Shown here: piece after piece, positions 10,193 through 16,119 of the stretch
Layout of the letters: every line of letters begins with the position of its first letter
How positions within the stretch are numbered: position 1 is the first letter of the stretch
Virus record (IMG/VR): IMGVR_UViG_2526164619_000006
Location: 1 to 16,119 of that record
Strand: one strand, 5' to 3'
Origin: a virus
Lineage: Duplodnaviria; Heunggongvirae; Uroviricota; Caudoviricetes
Length of the DNA: 16,119 nucleotides
Made by a program: the position numbers and the translations under genes
Notes under the pieces: model-generated
The model's input: the letters and a program-made list of their open reading frames with translations, nothing else
What the model was told of the DNA's origin: nothing
Database searches by the model: none

Positions 10193-10879
10193 ATGACCCC
10201 AATAAAAATATTTATGACTATTGCTGATTTCAAACGGCCTAAATTGGAGCTCCCAAACGGGGCAAACAAACTACTACTGCACTCTTGCTGTGCTCCATGT
10301 TCCGGTGAAGTGATGGAGGCGCTTCAGGCCTCGGGAATCGACTACACCATCTTTTTCTACAACCCGAACATTCATCCTCAGAAAGAGTATTTAATTCGTA
10401 AGGATGAAAATATTCGCTTTGCTGAACAACACGGCGTGCCGTTTATCGATGCTGATTACGACACAGACAACTGGTTTGAACGAGCCAAAGGAATGGAATG
10501 GGAGCCCGAACGAGGGATCCGTTGCACCATGTGTTTTGACATGCGTTTTGAGCGGACAGCGCTGTACGCCGCTGAAAATGGTTTCAGTGTGATCAGCAGT
10601 TCACTGGGCATTTCACGCTGGAAAAATATGCAGCAGGTTAACGAGTGTGGGCGGCGAGCTGTTGCGCATTATCCGGGTATGGTGTACTGGGATTATAACT
10701 GGCGCAAGCAGGGCGGCTCGTCCCGTATGATTGAAATCAGCAAGCGCGAAAAATTCTATCAGCAGGAATATTGTGGCTGTGTGTATTCTCTGCGCGATAC
10801 CAATCTACACCGCAAATCTCAGGGACGCCCTCTTATCAAAATTGGCCAACTCCACTACGGAAAAGAAGAGAAGGAGTGA
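10193..10879 (+). CDS. queH: DUF208 / QueH-like protein (epoxyqueuosine reductase family)
   Basis: Intact 228-aa ORF with [36 protein letters not shown] and EYCGCVYS, which I recognise as the conserved QueH signature motifs. An extended -10-like TGcTACACT lies at 10171..10179. Confidence 0.7.
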   Translation: MTPIKIFMTIADFKRPKLELPNGANKLLLHSCCAPCSGEVMEALQASGIDYTIFFYNPNIHPQKEYLIRKDENIRFAEQHGVPFIDADYDTDNWFERAKGMEWEPERGIRCTMCFDMRFERTALYAAENGFSVISSSLGISRWKNMQQVNECGRRAVAHYPGMVYWDYNWRKQGGSSRMIEISKREKFYQQEYCGCVYSLRDTNLHRKSQGRPLIKIGQLHYGKEEKE

Positions 10880-10989
10880 TTTTATGGATCACCTTTCTGA
10901 TTGATTTCATATTGGCGAGGTGACGTGAGTTAAGTAGAATGGCTGCGTGAACCGCCCCGGGTTTCCTGGAGAGTGTTTTATCTGTGAAC

Positions 10990-11872
<883 letters not shown>

Positions 11873-11876
<4 letters not shown>

Positions 11877-12199
11877 TTTTTCCAGAGGCGGTCGAACTCC
11901 GCCTTCGCAAAATAAGCGGAAGCCTGGCGAAGGATATCGTTACTGCGGCGCAGTTCACGATTTTCACGCTCCAGCTCTTTCAGACGCTGACGTTCAGCGG
12001 TGGTGAGCCCGCCATCACCGCCTCCGGTATCCCGCTCATGCTGGCGTACCCAGACACGCAGAGTCTCCGGTGTACAGCCAATTTTTGGGGCAATGGAACA
12101 AATTGCCGCCCACTGTGAGTCATATTCGCCCTGACTTTCCAGAACCATACGAATCGCCCTCTGACGGACTTCGGGGGAAAAACGAGTATTTTTAGTCAT
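11873..12199 (-). CDS. IS629-like OrfA
   Basis: 108-aa [44 protein letters not shown].. Confidence 0.85.
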
Positions 12200-12425
12200 C
12201 CTGTTTACCTCTTTCTCAGGGAGTTTAGTCTCCAGGATTCCCGGGGCGGTTCAGCGGGTGCTTGAGGCTATCTGTCTCAGGCATGAACACTGAAAGGCAG
12301 ATAGAGAAAAGCCCCAGTTAACATTTCGCGTCCTGCAAGACGCTTAACATTAATCTGAGGCCCAATCTATGTCTCACAAATGTAGATTAGCCTCTTACGT
12401 GCCGAAAGGCAAGGGGAAGCAGGCT

Positions 12426-12581
12426 ATGAAGCAGCAAAAGGCGATGTTAATCGCCCTGATCGTCATCTGTTTAACCGTCATAGTGACGGCACTGGTAACG
12501 AGGAAAGACCTCTGCGAGGTACGAATCCGAACCGGCCAGACGGAGGTCGCTGTCTTCACAGCTTACGAACCTGAGGAGTAA
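12426..12581 (+). CDS. hok: Hok/Gef-family membrane toxin (51 aa)
   Basis: MKQQKAMLIALIVICLTVIVTALVTRKDLCEVRIRTGQTEVAVFTAYEPEE: single transmembrane helix plus the conserved Cys and C-terminal region of Hok/Gef/RelF-type toxins. Track ORF 12369..12581 adds an in-frame upstream extension (possibly mok-like). Confidence 0.8.
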   Translation: MKQQKAMLIALIVICLTVIVTALVTRKDLCEVRIRTGQTEVAVFTAYEPEE

Positions 12582-12651
12582 GAGACCCGGCGAGGGAGAA
12601 AACCCTCGCCACCTCTGATGAATCAGGCATCCTCAACGCACCCGCACTTAA

Positions 12652-12676
12652 CCCGCTTCGGCGGGTTTTGTTTTTT
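12652..12676 (+). terminator. Rho-independent terminator downstream of hok
   Basis: cccgcttcggcggg GC-rich hairpin followed by ttttgtttttt. Confidence 0.6.
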
Positions 12677-12748
12677 CCTGGCATTCTGGTTTACAATTCG
12701 CACGTCAGCCTGAACAACTGGCACCTGCTGCGCCAGCAGAGAAAGACG

Positions 12749-13027
12749 ATGGCGCACAATACCAAATCACACAATTCTGATAATTCAGCTGTCTTTGCCA
12801 GCAGGCACGGGCGGCGTTCCCGCACATTCAAATCTGATTGGTACCATCATTCCCCATGTACTGAAGAACAAGCTGAATGGCTAATTCAGTGCTACCGCAG
12901 ACACGGATACGAGATTAAGAAAGCCCTCAGCCTCGATTATCGTCACTGGATAATCTCCGTCAGGCTTCCTTACTCTGAACGCCCACCGCGTCCGTCCCGC
13001 ACATTCCAGCAACGCATCTGGAGGTAA
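12749..13027 (+). CDS. Small basic hypothetical protein (92 aa)
   Basis: ATG 12749, in frame within track ORF 12668..13027, whose 5' part overlaps the hok terminator. Sits between hok and the DUF968 gene. Confidence 0.4.
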   Translation: MAHNTKSHNSDNSAVFASRHGRRSRTFKSDWYHHSPCTEEQAEWLIQCYRRHGYEIKKALSLDYRHWIISVRLPYSERPPRPSRTFQQRIWR

Positions 13028-13028
13028 C

Positions 13029-14084
13029 GTGCGGGTATTACTTCGACCTGTTCTGGTACCGGAACTCGGGCTGGTGATCGTTAAGCCGGGCTGTGAATCC
13101 ATGCCGGTATTCCACAATACCCGGGTACTGGTGGAGCCGGAACCGAAAAGCATGCGTAATCTGTCGTCCGGGGTCGTTCCTGCCGTTCGCCAGCCGCTGG
13201 CGGAGGATAAATCATTACTGCCATTTTTCAGCGACGAACGAGTGATTCGTGCTGCTGGTGGCGCTGGCGCATTGTCTGACTGGTTACTGCGCCATATTAA
13301 ATCCTGCCAGTGGCCACACGGCGATTATCACCACAGTGAAACCGTCATTCACCGTTATGGTACCGGCGCAATGGTGTTGTGCTGGCACTGCGACAACCAG
13401 CTGCGCGACCAGACCTCCGAATCACTCGGGCAACTTGCTCACCAAAACCTGTCTGCATGGATGATTGACGTCATACGCCATGCAATGAATGGCTCGCAGG
13501 AACGGGAATTATCGCTGGCTGAATTATCCTGGTGGGCGGTCCGCAATCAGGTGGCGGACGCGCTACCGGAAGCGGTATTACGTCGTTCGCTGGGGTTGCG
13601 TGCGGAAAAAATCCGCTCAATGTACCGTGAAAGCGACATCGTACCGGGAGAGCAGATCGCCACCAGCATACTGAAGCAGCGCACAAAAAATCTTGCGCCG
13701 CTGCCTCACGCCCACCAGCAAAACCCGCCACAGGAAAAGACGGTGGTCAGCATTGCCGTTGATCCGGAGTCACCGGCTCAGTATCTCCAGCGCCAGAAAT
13801 CACAACGGGAAGAGATGCCTGTATACACGCGCTGGGTAAAAACGCAGAAATGCATGACGTGTGGCAATCAGGCAGATGATCCGCATCACATCATTGGTCA
13901 TGGACTGGGAGGGATGGGAACAAAGGCTGATGATTTGTTTGTTATTCCGCTGTGCCGTAAATGCCATAGCGAACTACACGCCGGGGTAAAAGATTTTGAA
14001 GAAAAACACGGCAGCCAGCTGTTGTTGCTGATTCGTTTTTTAATGCACGCGAGAAATTCGGGTGTTCTGAAGTGGAAAGCATAA
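13029..14084 (+). CDS. DUF968 (YdfU-like) prophage protein with C-terminal HNH-like Cys/His motif
   Basis: 351-aa ORF, GTG start with GGAGG RBS 4 nt upstream. C-terminal CMTCGNQADDPHHIIGHG..CRKCHSELH. Size and context match my recollection of Qin-prophage YdfU. Confidence 0.65.
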   Translation: MRVLLRPVLVPELGLVIVKPGCESMPVFHNTRVLVEPEPKSMRNLSSGVVPAVRQPLAEDKSLLPFFSDERVIRAAGGAGALSDWLLRHIKSCQWPHGDYHHSETVIHRYGTGAMVLCWHCDNQLRDQTSESLGQLAHQNLSAWMIDVIRHAMNGSQERELSLAELSWWAVRNQVADALPEAVLRRSLGLRAEKIRSMYRESDIVPGEQIATSILKQRTKNLAPLPHAHQQNPPQEKTVVSIAVDPESPAQYLQRQKSQREEMPVYTRWVKTQKCMTCGNQADDPHHIIGHGLGGMGTKADDLFVIPLCRKCHSELHAGVKDFEEKHGSQLLLLIRFLMHARNSGVLKWKA

Positions 14085-14450
14085 ATGACTGAACGCATAG
14101 AATTTGTTTTGCCTTACCCGCCAACGGTGAACACTTACTGGCGACGTCGTGGCAGCACATATTTTGTATCAAAAGTCGGTGAGCGTTATCGCCGTGATGT
14201 GGCGCTTATTGTTCGCCAGCAGCAACTGAAATTAAACCTGTCCGGAAGGCCGGCAATAGAAATTATTGCAGATCCACCGGATAAGCGCCGTCGTGACCTG
14301 GACAATATCCTGAAGGCACCACTGGATGTACTGACGCATGCGGGGCTGCTCATAGACGACGAGCAGTTTGATGAAATTAATATTGTGCGCGGTCAGCTTG
14401 TTCCTGGTGGGCGGTTGGGGATAAAAATCACAGAACTGGAGTACGCATGA
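14085..14450 (+). CDS. rusA: RusA-family Holliday junction resolvase
   Basis: 121 aa with LPYPPTVNTYWRRRG .. DKRRRDLDNILKAPLDVLTHAGLLIDDEQ .. GGRLGIKITELE, matching the RusA pattern. The start overlaps the upstream stop (TAAATG). Confidence 0.85.
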   Translation: MTERIEFVLPYPPTVNTYWRRRGSTYFVSKVGERYRRDVALIVRQQQLKLNLSGRPAIEIIADPPDKRRRDLDNILKAPLDVLTHAGLLIDDEQFDEINIVRGQLVPGGRLGIKITELEYA

Positions 14451-15136
14451 ATAACCAGTATTTACAGTTTGTTCGTGAGCAACTCATGATTGCCACCGCC
14501 GATTTGAGTGGATCAACAAAAGGGCAGCTTGAGGCCTGGCAGGAGAATGCCATGTTTGATACAGGGCGTTACAGGCGTAAAAAAATCCGGTACCGCGATG
14601 AAGTGACTGGAAAAATGATAACGCGGGATAATCCACCAATCCCGGGAAAGCAATCGCTGGCGAAGGGGGCGTCAATTCCTCTCGTCAGTCCGGTTGAGTT
14701 TTCGACATCATCGTGGCGGCGGGCTGTTCTGTCTCTTGAAGAACATTATAAAGCCTGGTTGTTGTGGTGTTACAGCGGGAGTATTTGTTGGGAATATCAG
14801 ATCGCGATAACGCAGTGGGTGTGGAATGAATTTAAAACCCGGTACGGCACCAGAAAAATTGCAGGGAAAACGCAGGAGCGCGTGAAGAAGTTGATCTGGC
14901 TGGCGGCACAGGATGTCAGAGGATGGATTACCGGGTGTGAGGTCTACCAGAGACAGGAGCTTGCCAGACTGTGTGGAGTTAAGCCTGATAACTGGAGCCA
15001 TAATTATGCGAACTACTGGCGTGAGATGTGCGATATTTTTAAGAGTCTCGATAGAGAATCTGTGATTTGCACCGTGAAAATAAGAGCGCAACAAAAAGCG
15101 ACTTTTTCACGACGAGATATTGCAAAAGTCAATTAA
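14447..15136 (+). CDS. Putative late-gene antiterminator (Q-like), assigned mainly by position and size
   Basis: 229-aa Cys-rich ORF immediately after rusA (ATGA overlap), followed by a promoter-like element and terminator. No similarity to lambda Q or the short 82-type Q that I can confirm from memory. Confidence 0.4.
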   Translation: MNNQYLQFVREQLMIATADLSGSTKGQLEAWQENAMFDTGRYRRKKIRYRDEVTGKMITRDNPPIPGKQSLAKGASIPLVSPVEFSTSSWRRAVLSLEEHYKAWLLWCYSGSICWEYQIAITQWVWNEFKTRYGTRKIAGKTQERVKKLIWLAAQDVRGWITGCEVYQRQELARLCGVKPDNWSHNYANYWREMCDIFKSLDRESVICTVKIRAQQKATFSRRDIAKVN

Positions 15137-15148
15137 ATAGCGTACGTT
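15120..15148 (+). promoter_or_regulatory. Candidate sigma70 promoter at the 3' end of the Q-like gene (pR'-like)
   Basis: TTGCAA (15120..15125), 17-bp spacer, TACGTT (15143..15148). Confidence 0.25.
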
Positions 15149-15203
15149 TCGTATAAATCTGATATTTTGCCGATTTTGTACGCGATGGCAAAGTAAGAAA
15201 AAA

Positions 15204-15225
15204 CTGCCGTCAGGCGGTTTTTTTT
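15204..15225 (+). terminator. Candidate rho-independent terminator (tR'-like) downstream of Q-like gene
   Basis: ctgcc-gtca-ggcgg short stem (one G-U pair) followed by 8 T; preceded by an A-run. Confidence 0.4.
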
Positions 15226-15347
15226 ATGCCCAAAATCGCGTCAGTACAGTAAACACGCTGGTGGTTGCGAATACGGGTCTTTCAGCTTGCTGGCTTTTTC
15301 GACAAGAGTTATTGGTATGTCACGTTAACCGGAAAAAGTAAAAAGAC

Positions 15348-15545
15348 ATGCTAAAACAGCAGGATATGACAGAAACCGCCAGAGTGGTGTTTAATGAATT
15401 AAGCGTTACCGAACCGGCGACAGTCGGGGAGATAGCGCAGAATACTTACCTTTCACGCGAACGCTGCCAGTTAATACTGACCCAGCTGGTTATGGCGGGT
15501 CTGGCAGACTATCAGTTCGGTTGTTACAGACGCCTTCCGCAGTGA
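15348..15545 (+). CDS. Small hypothetical protein (65 aa), possible winged-helix DNA-binding
   Basis: Track ORF; segment TVGEIAQNTYLSRERCQLILTQLVMAGL resembles an HTH recognition region. Weak RBS, so the start is uncertain (alternative ATG 15366). Confidence 0.35.
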   Translation: MLKQQDMTETARVVFNELSVTEPATVGEIAQNTYLSRERCQLILTQLVMAGLADYQFGCYRRLPQ

Positions 15546-15559
15546 AGGCTTTTTTATTT
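15532..15559 (+). terminator. Rho-independent terminator
   Basis: gccttc-cgcagt-gaaggc hairpin followed by ttttttattt; it overlaps the stop codon of the 15348..15545 ORF. Confidence 0.55.
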
Positions 15560-15572
15560 GTGGTAAATGGGC

Positions 15573-15603
15573 GGCTGGTGGGTGTTAGGGGCACCCACCA
15601 GCC
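15573..15603. repeat. Perfect 12-bp-stem inverted repeat (hairpin)
   Basis: ggctggtgggtg / ttagggg / cacccaccagcc. No T-tract follows on either strand. Confidence 0.6.
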
Positions 15604-15644
15604 ATCTGCTCATGCGTTGGGTTCACAAGCAAAGCTCAGGCCCA

Positions 15645-15663
15645 CTGCTTTGCGCAAAAGCAG
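15645..15663. promoter_or_regulatory. Palindrome ctgctttgcgcaaaagcag, candidate operator ~35 bp upstream of the methyltransferase start
   Basis: 7-bp arms ctgcttt/aaagcag around a gcgca centre. Confidence 0.35.
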
Positions 15664-15695
15664 AATGAGCCTATCAGAGACAGGCTTAATGATTC

Positions 15696-15920
15696 ATGCT
15701 TAATACTGTAAAAATATCCAGTTGTGAGTTAATCAACGCCGACTGCCTGGAATTTATCTGGTCGTTACCCGAAAATTCTGTTGACCTGATAGTCACGGAC
15801 CCGCCGTACTTTAAAGTGAAGCCTGAGGGCTGGGATAACCAGTGGAAGGGCGACGATGATTACCTGAAGTGGCTGGACCAGTGTCTGGCGCAGTTCTGGC
15901 GGGTGCTGAAACCTGGGTAA
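15696..15920 (+). pseudogene. Beta-class DNA methyltransferase (N6-adenine or N4-cytosine), 5' fragment truncated by IS1
   Basis: Motif IV DPPY (LIVTDPPYF) lies near the N-terminus. The ORF stops at a TAA supplied by the IS1 terminus after 73 native codons. Confidence 0.75.
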
Positions 15921-16119
15921 TGACTCCAACTTACTGATAGTGTTTTATGTTCAGATAATGCCCGATGACCTTGTCATGCAGCTCCACCGATTTTGAGAAC
16001 GACAGTGACTTCCGTCCCAGCCTTGCCAGATGTTGTCTCAGATTCAGATTATGTCGCTCAATGCGCTGAGTGTAACGCTTGCTGATAACGTGCAGCTTTC
16101 CCTTCAGGCGTGATTCATA
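15916..16119 (-). mobile_element. IS1, partial (runs off the window), inverted relative to the IS1 at 8448..9215
   Basis: Starts ggtaatgactccaacttactgatag.. and by eye is identical to the reverse complement of the insB-end of the first IS1 copy. Confidence 0.9.

Noticed and set aside
15521-15703. 60-aa ORF on the plus strand
   Set aside because: It spans a terminator, a 12-bp-stem hairpin and a palindrome; its low-complexity product is better explained as structured non-coding sequence.

Overview
This 16.1 kb window reads as the integrase-proximal arm of a heavily decayed lambdoid prophage in an Escherichia/Shigella-type chromosome, broken up by six insertion-sequence copies (IS4, IS911, IS600, two inverted IS1 copies, one IS629-like). 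Everything is read by eye from the sequence and ORF track; family names are from memory, no searches were run. On the minus strand: a tyrosine integrase split by IS4 (12-bp target duplication), an excisionase, and a large early-operon gene with a C-terminal DEDDh 3'-5' exonuclease domain that is interrupted by IS911 and IS600 (3-bp duplications; frames rejoin when the IS copies are removed). Upstream of it are two small translationally coupled genes, then an IS1 with no target duplication, which probably marks deletion of the immunity/replication region. On the plus strand: two hypothetical genes, an intact QueH-like (DUF208) gene, an IS629-like copy inserted just upstream of a Hok-family toxin gene, a small basic protein, a DUF968 protein, RusA, a Q-like protein, terminators, a small possible winged-helix gene, a 12-bp hairpin plus palindrome, and a beta-class DNA methyltransferase cut off after 73 codons by the second IS1. 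No tRNA, rRNA or CRISPR array was seen. The most interesting candidates are the reconstructable multi-domain exonuclease gene, the prophage-borne QueH-like gene, and the small-regulator/palindrome/methyltransferase unit downstream of Q.
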